Positions 49,821 through 60,719 of a stretch of 64,000 bases of DNA are shown in pieces (positions within the stretch are counted from its first letter, which is position 1; each line of letters starts with the position of its first letter). A program made the translations under genes and the position numbers. Below the pieces are notes generated by a model, which had not been told where the DNA came from, did no database searches, and was given only the letters and a program-made list of their open reading frames with translations. This DNA comes from Malacoraja senta (lineage: Eukaryota), in assembly GCA_038087875.1 (NCBI GenBank), contig JAXLNO010000062.1:310001-374000 (forward strand). The letters are read 5' to 3'.

Positions 49821-49884
<64 letters not shown>
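47002..49884 (+). mobile_element. L1-clade LINE, 5'-truncated ORF2 (RT plus C-terminal zinc knuckle), 3'UTR and (TA)n tail
   Basis: KTPGPDGFTNEFYK, SLDAEKAFDQVEW, GNRQGCSLSP, LYADD, GGLALPN, CDKC..H..C. AATAAA precedes the (TA)n tail. Very AT-rich. Confidence 0.92.
49824..49884. repeat. (TA)n microsatellite
   Basis: About 30 TA units at the L1 3' end. Confidence 0.95.
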
Positions 49885-49888
<4 letters not shown>

Positions 49889-50667
49889 TGGATAAGTCTT
49901 GAGGGAAGTTAGTGTAGAAATAGCAGGGGCTATGAAAGAAATATTTCAAATGCCATTAGAAACGGGAATAGTGCCGGAGGATTGGCGTACTGCGCATGTT
50001 GTTCCATTGTATTAAAAGGGTTCTAAGAGTAAACCTAGCAATTATAGACCTGTTAGTTTGACGTCAGTGGTGGGCAAATTAATGGAAAGGATACTTAGAG
50101 ATAATATATATAAGCATCTGGATCAACAGGATCTGATTGGTCGGCTAATTATTGGAAGGATGTCAACAAAATAGAGGGAGTACAGAGGAGGTTTACTAGA
50201 ATGTTGCCTGAGTTTCAACAACTAAGTTACAGAGAAAGGTCGAACAAGTTAGGTCTTTATTCTTTGGAATGCAGAACATTAAGGGGAATTGATAGAGGTC
50301 TTTAAATGATGAGAGGGATAGACAGAGTTGACATGGATAAGCTTTTCCCATTGAGAGTAGGGAAGATTCAAACAAGAGGACATGACTTGAGAATTAAGGA
50401 ACAGAAGATTAGGGGTAACATGAGGGGGAACTCCTTTACTCAGAGAGTGGTAGCTGTGCGGAATGAGCTTCCAGTGGAAGTGGTGGAGGCAGGTTCGATT
50501 TTATCACTTAAAAATAAATTGGATAGGTATATGGATGGGAAAGGAATGGAGGGTTATGGTCTGAGTGCAGGTAGATGGGACTAGGGGAAAATAAGTGTTC
50601 GGCACGGACTAGAAGGGCCGAGATGGCGTGTTTCCGTGCTGTAATTGTTATATGGTTATATGGTTTT

Positions 50668-50890
50668 AACATGGATAGATGACATTTCACGGAGTGCTGG
50701 AGTAACTCAGCGGGTCAGGCAGCATCTGTGGAGAACATGGGTAGGTGACGTTTCACAGAGTACTGGAGTAACTCAGCGTGTCAGGCAGCATCTGTGAAGA
50801 ACATGGATAGATGACGTTTCACAGATTGCTGGAGTAACTCAGCGGGTCAGGCAGCATCTGTGTAGAACATGGATAGGTGACGTTTCACAG
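50668..50890. repeat. 66-bp tandem repeat (x3.4) derived from a Penelope tail
   Basis: AACATGG recurs at 50668, 50734, 50800 and 50866; the unit contains GGAGTAACTCAGCGGGTCAGGCAGCATC. Confidence 0.9.
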
Positions 50891-50904
50891 GACAATGAAG
50901 CTAG

Positions 50905-51663
50905 TTGGAGAATGGTGGCCGATTAGGAAAAGGGGAGATGCAACGAGACCTGGGTGTCATGGCACACCAGTCATTGAAAGTAGGAATGCAGGTGCAGCAG
51001 GCAGTGAAGAAAGCAAATGGTATGTTAGCATTCATAGCAAAATGATTTGAGTATAAGAGCTGGGAGGTTCTATTGCAGTTGTACAGGGTCTTGGTGAGAC
51101 CACACCTGGAGTATTGCATACAGTTTTGGTCTCCTAATCTGAGGAAAGACGTTCTTGCCATAGAGGGTGTACAGAGAAGGTTCAGCAGACTGATTGCTGG
51201 GATGGCAGGACTTTCATATGAAGAAAGACTGGATAGACTCGGCTTATACACGCTAGCATTCAGAAGATTAAGGTGGGATCTTATAGAAACTTACAAAATT
51301 CTTAAGGGGTTGGACAAGCTAGATGCAGGAAGATTATTCCCGATATTGGGGAAGTACAGACCTAGGGGGTCACAGTTTAAGGATAAGAGGGAAGTTTTTT
51401 AGGACCGAGATGAGAACATTATTTTTTACACAGAGAGTGGTGAATCTGTGGAATTCTCTGCCACATAAGGTAGTTGAGGCCAGTTCATTGGCTATATTTA
51501 AGAGGGAGTTAGATGTGGCCCTTGTGGCTAAAGGGATCAGGGGGTATGGAGAGAAGGCAGGGATGGGATACTGAGTTGGATGATCACCCATGATCATATC
51601 GAATGGCGGTGCAGGCTCGAAAGGCCGAATGGCCTACTCCTGCACCTATTTTCTATGTTTCTA
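50905..51663 (+). mobile_element. CR1 3' fragment
   Basis: LVRPHLEYCIQFWSP..GYGEKAGMGY* plus the 3'UTR. Confidence 0.9.
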
Positions 51664-52050
51664 ACTAGGGTTGGGGATGGGTGGAGAGAGAGGGAAGGCA
51701 AGGGTTACTTGAAGTTGGAGAAATCAATATTCATATCGCTGAGTTGTAATCTGCCTGTCCTGCTGAGTTACTCCAGCATTTTGTGTCTATCTTCAGTGGA
51801 AACCTGCATCTGCTGTTCCTGCACATTTTGTCTTGCCCACATTGACCAAGATGCCCCATCTACACTAGTTCCTCCTGCCTGCATTTGTTCTATATCTCTC
51901 CATACCTATCCTATCCATGTACCTGTCAAGAGTGTTTTATTGTCATATGTCACAAACTGAACTATTAAATGCTGACTTACGATAGGATAGAACTTTATCT
52001 ATCCAAGGAGGGAAATTGTTCTGCCAACAGTCATACAATACAAGATAAAG

Positions 52051-52403
52051 ACGGTCATGGTGGTGCAGCGGTAGTGTTGCTGCCTTACAGCAAATGCACG
52101 CCGGAGACCCAGGTTCGATCCCGATTACAGGTGCTGTCTATACGGAGTTTGTACGTTCTCCCCATGACCTGCGTGGGTTTTCTCTGAGATCTTCGGTTTT
52201 CTCCCACACACCAAAGATGTACAGGATTGTAGGTTAATTGGCTTTGGTAACATTGTAAATGTCCCTAGTGTGTGGAGTAGTGCTAGTGTACGGGATGATC
52301 GCTGGTTAGTGTTAATGTGCGGGGATTGCTGATTGCCACGGACCCGGTGGGCCGAAGGGCCTGTTTCTGCGCTGTATCTCTAAACTAAACTAAACTAAAC
52401 TAA
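52051..52403 (+). mobile_element. V-SINE (HE1-like) with (TAAAC)n tail
   Basis: B box GGTTCGATCCC, V-domain, taaactaaactaaactaaac. Confidence 0.85.
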
Positions 52404-53579
52404 ACATGAAACATGAAATTAAAGTGATGTGGAAAGGATTGCGGATGTGCAAAGATTGGGGAGGGGGAGGGGGTTAGTCAGTCTACCCCATGACAGAAGG
52501 GGGTGGAGTTGTACAGTTTGATAGCCATAGGGGAGCAGGATCTCCTGTGGCGTTCTGTGCTGCATCTTGGTGGAACCAGTCTGTTGCTGAAGGTGTTCCT
52601 CAGTGTGTCATGGAGTGGGTTACGTAGCAGCACAACAGTAGTGTAACATATTGCACTGTAAAACCCTTATTAAACAGCAAAAAAAGTTCCGTGTATATTA
52701 GAGAAACACAATTAGTCCAAATAGTCCTGTCCAAATGTCTTCTAAATGCCATTGTACCAGCCTCCACTACCTCCTCTGGCAGCTTGTTCCATATAACCAC
52801 CTCCTGGGTGAAGGGAGTGAGTTAATTATGGTAGACAAAAATGCTGGAGAAACTCAGCAGGTGAGGCGGCATCTAGATGCACACTGCCTCATCCGCTGAG
52901 TTTCTCCAGCATTTTTGTCAACCTTCGATTTTTCCAGCATGTGCAGTTCTTTCTTAAACAAGTTAATTATGATAGTGCTTTAGGAATGTTGGATTCAGCC
53001 GAGTCTTAAACGATGCCTCTGTAGAATAATCTATTCCGTTTTGAACTAATCATGCTTTTTTTGTTGATGGGGTGAGAAAACGTGAATCTTTGAGGCTGGG
53101 CAAATATCCATGGGTCAGGCAAACTTGTTTAAATTGGACAAATTGCATTTTCACTTCAAATGAAATAAATTGGCTTGTTTAACCGTTGCTTATTCTTCCA
53201 CGTGAACTCGTTTACAGCATCTGCAGACTCCTTTTAATTTAAAATTCTTTTAAAATAGGGTTTGACTTAGTCAAAGCTTCACTTGAAGACCCAACTTTTG
53301 GCATCTTTGAACCATGAATTGGAGACCCAAATATCTCTGTCGAATTGGTTATCAAAATTACCATGTGCTCCCCCGGAATGATGCCAGCTCTTGGGAACAT
53401 TTTCATTATGGTTCTTCACATTTCCTTCCAATTCGATTTTTATAAAAAGTTTCAGCTGTTGAACTTTAAACAGCCCTTTTATTTTAAATATCCTTCGCAG
53501 ACTTGGTGCACTGAAGGGCCTGTTTCCATTCTGCATCTCTAAATGTAAAACTAAACTCATGCGCACGGCTTGTTGTAGG

Positions 53580-53803
53580 AATTACAGAGACATGGCTGCA
53601 AGAGGCCTGGTGATGGGAACTGAATATTCAAGGATATATCTCCTATAGAATAGACAGACAGGTGGGCAGAGGGGGTGGGGTTGCTCTGTTGGTGAGGAAT
53701 GAAATTCAGTCCCTTGCAAGGGTGACATTGAAACAGGAGATGTGGAGTCAGTATGGATAGAACTAAGGAAGTGTAAGGGTAAAAATACCCTAATGGGACT
53801 TAT
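53580..53803 (+). mobile_element. CR1 APE endonuclease fragment
   Basis: ITETWLQ..WELNIQGY..GGGVALL..ESVWIELR. Confidence 0.75.
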
Positions 53804-54165
53804 CCATTTGGGGATACCAATGGTGTTAGACAAGGGGGAATTTTGTCCCCAGACCTTTTTAATTTATATATTGATGATCTGTCTAAACAATTGAAGGCCT
53901 GTAACACTGGGTGCGTGATTGGTAATATTTTACTGAACCATATTATGTATGCAGATGATCTTGTGATCTTTAGTCCATCTAGCGTTGGTCTCCAGCAGCT
54001 CCATACTATATGTTCTGTGTATGGTGTGGAACATGACATTAAATATAATGCTAGTAAGAATGCTGTTATGATCTGTAGAATCAAAGAGGATAAATGTCTA
54101 ACATTTCCTGATTTTAAATTATCTGACAATAATCTTAGTGTCTGTAATAAGGTAAAATATTTATA
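53804..54165 (+). mobile_element. Non-LTR RT fragment (RTE-X-like; clade uncertain)
   Basis: NGVRQGGILSPDLFNLYIDDL..NHIMYADDLVIFSPS..VKYL. Confidence 0.75.
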
Positions 54166-55640
54166 CTGATTTACAGTATGCTTTCGGAGTCGTTCACGAT
54201 TATGGGCAATTGTGGAAAAATCGAGGCTTCCTGACCTCAGCAGGATCAGTTATTTCACACCAGGTTAGTTTCCAACCTTTTACAGGCAATCCAATTGCCC
54301 AGTCAGCTTGCAGTTATTAAAGTTCGTGCCCACACATCAGGCCAGAGCCCTATAGATATCGGCAATCGCCTTGAGGATGGTGCTGCTAAAAAAAGCTTCT
54401 TGGACTAACCAGGTTGTTGTGCCCCGAATGATGAAGCAGACTAAAAATTCCAGTAGGAATCAGTCTCCCCCGGAAAAAGGAATGCCAACCATCCAGGAAG
54501 TACTTCAAATACAGGAGGATGCTCCTGCACAGGTAAAACAGCTGTGGCTGGACCAGGGCTGTGTGTTTGATCCTGTCACTAGCTTATGGGTTACGCCTGC
54601 AGGCCAGACTTGCATGTCTGATGAACTTGCGTTATGGATTATTGAATGTGTACACTTTGCAACTCATTGTGGTGCCAAGGCCGGAAATGATATGCTTTTA
54701 GACACCTGGTGGCATCCAAAACTTCTGGACTTGGCCCAGCATGTCAGCCAGTGATGTCTGATTTGCCAGCAGCATAATCCAGGTAAAGGCTTGCCCTGTG
54801 AACCAGGTAAGACCCCTTTACCAGCAGGTCCATTTGAGACCTTGCAAATGGACTACATTTAGTTGAAAAGGTGTCAGTGTTATAAGTATGTTCTTGTAAT
54901 TGTCGATGTTTTCAGTAAATGGATTGATGCATACCTGACCACTGACAATAAGGCGTCTACCATTGTAAAAATATTGTTACGCGAAATCATACCGCGATTC
55001 GGTGTTCCTGCGCGTTTAAGTTCCGATAAAGGTCCTCATTTTATTGCTGCAGTAAACAAAGAAATGTGCCAACAATTACAGATACATCAACAGCTCCATT
55101 GTGCATATAGACCTCAGGCCGCCGGATTGGTGGAATGGGCAAATCAGACTTTGAAAACCAAATTAGCTAAATTAGTGGCACAGACTGGCTTAACATGGTT
55201 TAAACTGCTTCCTGTAGCTCTTTTTCAGATACAGACCACTCCTTCTGGTACGGCACGACTGACGCCTGCGGAAATAATATATGGTCGACCTTTATGGATG
55301 CCATGGAATGACCAGGCGGTCCATTTCCATGCCCCCGCAGCGGTCCATTTCTACCAGATGACTGAGGAAATGACATCCTATGTATTAACTTTAACCCGTG
55401 CTTTGCGAACTTCTCATTCACAGGTCAGGGCTGCAAATGGTGAGGCGCCAGCGCTCAAAGTTCCATCTAATATTGAGACATGTTGCTATGTGCTGGTCAG
55501 GAACTGGAAGCGTAAGCACTTGGACTCACGTTGGGATGGTCCCTTCCAGGTCCTCCTCACCACTCCAACCGCTGCCAAGGTCGAGGGTCGTGCTGCATGG
55601 GTTCATCTGCACCACTGCAAACTGATTGGGGAGCCCAATC
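54158..55640 (+). pseudogene. pol: ERV pol remnant (RNase H C-part plus integrase)
   Basis: HFATH..CLIC zinc finger, LQMDYI, VIVDVFSKW, SSDKGPHF, AYRPQAAGLVE, RWDGPFQVLLTTPTA..WVHLHHCK. Stops near 54752 and 54860. Confidence 0.92.
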
Positions 55641-56239
55641 ATAAGGGGGGAGAAGAGTCATTTTATTTTCAACTCAGAGTTTTTAGTTTTTACATTGCTG
55701 CTTTGCTTGGGAGTTGTATCATTATAAGTTTAGTTGTATCATTATACGTTTAGTTGTAGCATTATAAGTTTAGTTTTGAATCCTTATTTTGCTATATGGT
55801 TAAGAATATGCGACTGATTACTGGACTGACTGACTGAAGGATGGTTAACTTGAGTGAATAGTTGATTAAGTCAATTAAGTAAGAAATGAACTTTTTGTAA
55901 GCCTTTGCATTTTCCAGATAAATTCAAATGAGGCGATTTATCCTGCCATGCAACCTAATGCTTCTGCAGACAGAGGGAAATAAAGGAGAGATTCGACGAT
56001 GTGTCCCAGGACACGCATATAGGATATTTCACCTCTGCAAAGGAGATGTTGTACAATGTAGAGGCCCAGAAGTCCTCGGAAGATGGAACATAATTAAAAT
56101 TAACTACTGCCATGGCAAAATGCAACAGACTAACTGAAGCCTCTACCTAATTGATCAGTCACTCTGGGAGTTTCCATGTGGGTACCGGATATGCAGGGTT
56201 GACTTATCTTGCAGGAGGAACCCCGGGGAGGACCGAACT

Positions 56240-57781
56240 CTAAATAAACACTTGTATGATGGACTATGTTATCAAGTAGCATTACAGGTCCACCGGGGCT
56301 CCAAAGGACAGAACCTGAACAACAAATACGGGAAAAGGGAGAATTTGAAGAAAAAGACACTAACGTGTTTATACGGGCCCATAATGAATTATTTGGTAAA
56401 GGGCAAGTTGTGTGTTACCCCGCTATGAAATCTGTTATTAGCCTATTTACAGTATCTCCTGAGTGGGGAAGGATTTAACGATTAGTAAAGTGTCAAGATG
56501 AGATGCCAGTTCCGGTCAAAGCTGTCACCATCTATTATGAAGAGTTCTTAGCCCCACCAGCTAACTGTTTGCCATTACCTGGCGACAATAAGCATTCATA
56601 CCCAGGCTGTCAAAACTCTTCGGGTACCAGAGTAGAACCACTAATGCCGTGTAACTTTACCCCTAACACCGACAATAGACAATACGGATCATGCTTCACT
56701 AACCAGGGATACGGGTGCATAGTTGTTGACGTCCCTTCCAACATTACGTGCATAGTATGAACCCCACGACAACCTAGTTGCAACAGCACATCTAAGGGCA
56801 TCCAATGCACCATTCCCAAAAGATGCGTCGCAGTCTCTGCAGGGTTTCAACTGCTTTGTGGGTGGGCCAATGGAACCCATCTAACTGTAGGATTCTATCA
56901 CTTGCCCATCCCAAGATACACCAATTGGATTTCAAGCAATTGGATGGACTGGGCAAAGGGTGGCGAGGTGATTAATACACGCATGGACTGTCATGGGTCC
57001 ATATACACTGAGGAAGGGTATTACTTCTTTTTCAATGGCAAAGGGACCAATGTGCTAAAACCTCCTTTTCCAAAGAACGTAGCCATCGGGACCCTTGTCC
57101 CCACCACTGTTCCCTGCCCAGAGAGTTGGTCCCGACAAAACCAAAGGACTCTGCGCAGGGCAATATCCGCCGAATTCTGTGCCAATTGGAGAAACCCAAC
57201 TGCAATGGGAACATCTAGGTGGGATGCTGTGGGATGGGGAGTACTAAGCCTGCTTACTTTCAGAGGTGTAGGGGGAGGGTTGGCAGCAAAACATCGAAAC
57301 TATATGATTTGTGGACTAACCATTTTGGGAAATGCCACTACTCGCACCTTGGAGGCAATAAAAACCCAACTATCAGAAATGCATCTGTTCTATTTACAGA
57401 ATAGATATGCCTTAGATAATCTGTTGGCCCGTGAGGGAGGGACGTGTGCTATTGTAAAAGAAAAATGTATGATGGGAGTTCAGGATAGAACTAGTAATAT
57501 CACCAAACATCAAGAGGACATTACTACCCTGCTTGATGGAATGAAGGAGGGTGTTGGATGGGGAAACGGGTTTCGGGGGATTATTTAATTGGATCATCAG
57601 CATGGCCATAAATGCAGCAATAGTGATCATGTGTTTGTTAGTGGGAATTGCTATTGTTAAATGTATCATCACCAGACCAATGACAGCCTTGGGTAATGTG
57701 GAAACTGGTGGGCAGGTCTTATTGCGGCACCTAGAGGAAGACATTACGATGTTGGAGTCTGATGGAAGTAGAGACGTGTGA
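56240..57781 (+). pseudogene. env: ERV env remnant (gamma-type TM)
   Basis: One frame from 56266 to 57588 with two stops; RTLRR cleavage site, LQNRYALDNLLA ISD, CAIVKEKC loop, then a frameshifted TM AINAAIVIMCLLVGIAIV. Confidence 0.88.
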
Positions 57782-59135
57782 ACCAGCAGGTAGAGAAGGA
57801 AATGTTGGAGGAGGAGTGTAATAGACTTAATAATGTGGAGAAGGAGGAATGTTATTAAGTCCAGAATAATTGAGCACCATAAGGGCTAGGGTTGGAAGCA
57901 CAGCAGAGAAGTAGGGAACAGCATTGGTGTCAACAAGCCAGCCTGCTGACCTACGTGGTCCAGGTTTTGGGGGCTATAAAGCATCTCGAGGTTAGGTATA
58001 AACTTGGATGACTAATAAGCCAATGCTGATGAATCTCTGCCTTGTGTTATTATCCTATTAGTGGTCATAGAATGACCAGAGTGAGGAATGAGGAAATATT
58101 ATACAAATAGAACGGCTTGGATAGAGACTTTTATATAAGCTAGGTGAATTGCAAAAGAAAAGCTTAAAGTTTCCCTGAACTGAAATAAAGTGCAAACTGA
58201 CACATACACACAGGCAAAGATGAATCAAAACATGGAGGCCTGAACCTGAACCTACTTAGCTTAGGTTATTGTTTGGGGGCAATTATAGCACTGGAGGAAA
58301 TTGTATTTGATATGGCTTTGTGTAGAAGAATGGGAAGCTGAATAAGGGGCCTCTTCTTAGGCCATCTGCTCTGTCTCTATGGCACATTTTTGAGCTCCGA
58401 ATGTGACATAAACATGAAGAGTTATGGCTTGTTATGCTAGGTTTGAGACAGAATTCAAGGCTGAGAGATGATAGACTGCAGTTAGCCTTGGCTGTGTAAA
58501 ATTATAATGAGTGTGATAAGGAATAAGATGTAAGTGAAGGAATAGTTGCTTTGAGAAATAATTAGATTGAGGGAGTTGTTTATAGAAGGTTGAAGCAGAT
58601 GGAATTCTGACGTAATGGTCTGGGTTGTACCTTGTACCTTGTGTTCTGTCTGGTACATGAGATTGGAAATCCTGCTTCCCGATAACAGGAAAGGCACCAA
58701 ACTCATATTAACTAAATTGACAGATTTACGACCCATGTATCATTGGATGGGAGATGGAAATGTGCGTTTTGAACTTAGAAACTGTAATTCAGCAAACTTA
58801 TATAATTAATGTTTTAAAGACATAGGTAATGGTATTTCAAAATGTGTAAAATTATAGTAACACCAATTATGCAATGTATTGTCTTAGTAGAAAGGTACAC
58901 TTTAGACTTAGAGAAATTGTTTAGATTTATAGAAATATCTTTTCTCTTGGTATAGAAAGTGTGTATGACTTGAGTGATCATTGTATGTATCTTATATTTT
59001 GAAGTGGTCTTTGATAAAAGCCTACAGGGGTTTTGCTGTGTTGAAATAAAATAATTCTAAAACAGTTATAGAGTTATACCATAGACAAACAAAGATTGTA
59101 AAAAGACGTCAAGAAAGGGGATATCCTGTGACTGA

Positions 59136-59395
59136 TGTTGTAAATCACCAAAAGGACTCAGATGATTGGTTACCAGTTGTCCTACCCTCTGTATTTGAAA
59201 TGTCTAAATACCTATATAAAGCAATGAGTTTGTATCAAAAACACAAATACTTTGGAGCTGCCCCGGAGCTTCTAGCTCTGTGTTGGAAGGTTCAAAGAAT
59301 TGTCTCAGTACTGAATAAAGAATCAATTCCAACAGCTACAATCATTTGAGTCAAGTTTTCTTGACTTTAGATTGACAAAATAACTCAGTTTAACA
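59136..59395 (+). repeat. ERV 3' LTR core (5' limit either 59136 or 57850)
   Basis: TATATAAA near 59213, AATAAA near 59314, end TAACA at 59395. Purine tracts precede TGTT at both 57850 and 59136. Confidence 0.6.
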
Positions 59396-59929
59396 TTCTC
59401 ACTGTCTCTGACTACATTTTATCTCTGTGGCCACTCTCGTCATCACTCTGAAGAAGGGTCTCAACATGAAACGTCACCCATTCCTTCTCGCCTGAGATGC
59501 TGCCCGTCTCGCTGAGTTACTCCAGCATTTTGTTTCTTATCTTTGATTTAAAATACATTTTGACAGGTCTGGAAAGGTTGAGAGGGACATGGGCCAAATT
59601 CAGGCAGGTGGGACTAGAGTTTGTACGTTCTCTCTGTGACTGTTTGTGTTTTCTCCGGGTGCTCCGATTTCCTCCCACATTCCAAAGATGTGCAGGTGTG
59701 TAGATTAATTCTGAAAATTGCCCCCAGTGAGTAGGGTAGACCTAGTGAACAGGTTATCGCTGGTCTGCACGTACTAAAAAAATGAAAACATAGCCATGAG
59801 GAACTGTAGATGCCTGCGTACTTTTAAAAAAAGATGCAAAGTACTGGAGTAACTCAGCGGGGTGCAAGTGTCCCAGCCTGACGTTTCAACCACAAAATGT
59901 TTTACGACGAGACTGTTCTAACTTTATGA

Positions 59930-60425
59930 AAACAAAATGTTCTCCCAGAATACTGCCTAGATTAGAGGGCTTCAGCTACAGGGAGAGGTACAGTGTAAAG
60001 CTTTTTTTGTTGTGTGCTAACCAGTTAGTGGAAGGACAATACAGGATTACAATCAACCCATCCACAGTGTACAGATATAGGATTAAGGGAATATCGATTA
60101 GTGCAAGGTAAAGGCTGATTAAAGATAGTCTGAGGGATAGTTTAAGAATAAGGGGTAATTTATTTAGAACGGAGATGAGGAAAAACTTTTTCACACAGAA
60201 TGTTGAGAGTCTGTGAAATTCTCTGCCGCAGATGGTGGTGGAAGCCGATTCTCTGAATGCTTTCAAGAGAGAGCTGGACAGAGCTCTTAAAGATAGCGGC
60301 GTCAAGCGATATAGGGAGAAGGCAGGAACAGGGTATTAATTGTGGATGATTGGCATGATCACGGTGAATAGCGGTGCTGGCTCGAGGGGCAGAATGGCCT
60401 ACTCCTGCACCTATTGTCTATTGTC
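59930..60425 (+). mobile_element. CR1 3' fragments
   Basis: ..RTEMRKNFFTQNVESL.. and the 3'UTR. Confidence 0.7.
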
Positions 60426-60719
60426 TTCAATGAATAATAATGAATGAATAAAAATGTTATTAGCCAAGTAGGTCCACATACAAGGCATTTACATTGGTGC
60501 TTTGCTCGCAGGTAACAACAAGATATTCTGTAGACAATAAAAAATAAAATATTATAATTCAAACGTGAAAATAAAGTACCGGAGTAAAAAGAGGCTACGG
60601 TCTTTTGGCTGTTGAATAGTTACTGCTCGTGGGAAAAAGCTGTTTTATGTCTGACTGTAGCAGCTTTGATAGTCCGGAGTCGCCTCCCAGAAAGAAGTGA
60701 TTCAAAGAGTTTGTCGCCG

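Larger units (their letters stand above)
46915..50662 (+). mobile_element. Decayed CR1 hosting the L1 insertion (46915-47001 and 49885-50662)
   Basis: EEEVLTL..(K)N|IKVDKS is continuous across the L1; later NYRPVSLTS and a ..SAGRWD* end. Confidence 0.8.
54155..59395 (+). mobile_element. Endogenous retrovirus, class I (epsilon/gamma-like), 3' half: pol (RNase H-integrase), env, 3' LTR
   Basis: RNase H IYTDLQYAFGVVHDYGQLW..RGFLTS; integrase HHCC, DDE and GPF motifs; env with a furin-like site, immunosuppressive domain (ISD) and TM; TATA and polyA signals and a ..TAACA end. Confidence 0.92.

Noticed and set aside
50668..50890. CRISPR-like repeat array
   Set aside because: Pure 66-bp tandem repeat derived from a Penelope tail; no spacers and no cas genes.
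52960..53500. Possible conserved non-coding element or exon in apparently unique sequence
   Set aside because: No recognisable motif or convincing reading frame; cannot be supported without a cross-species alignment.
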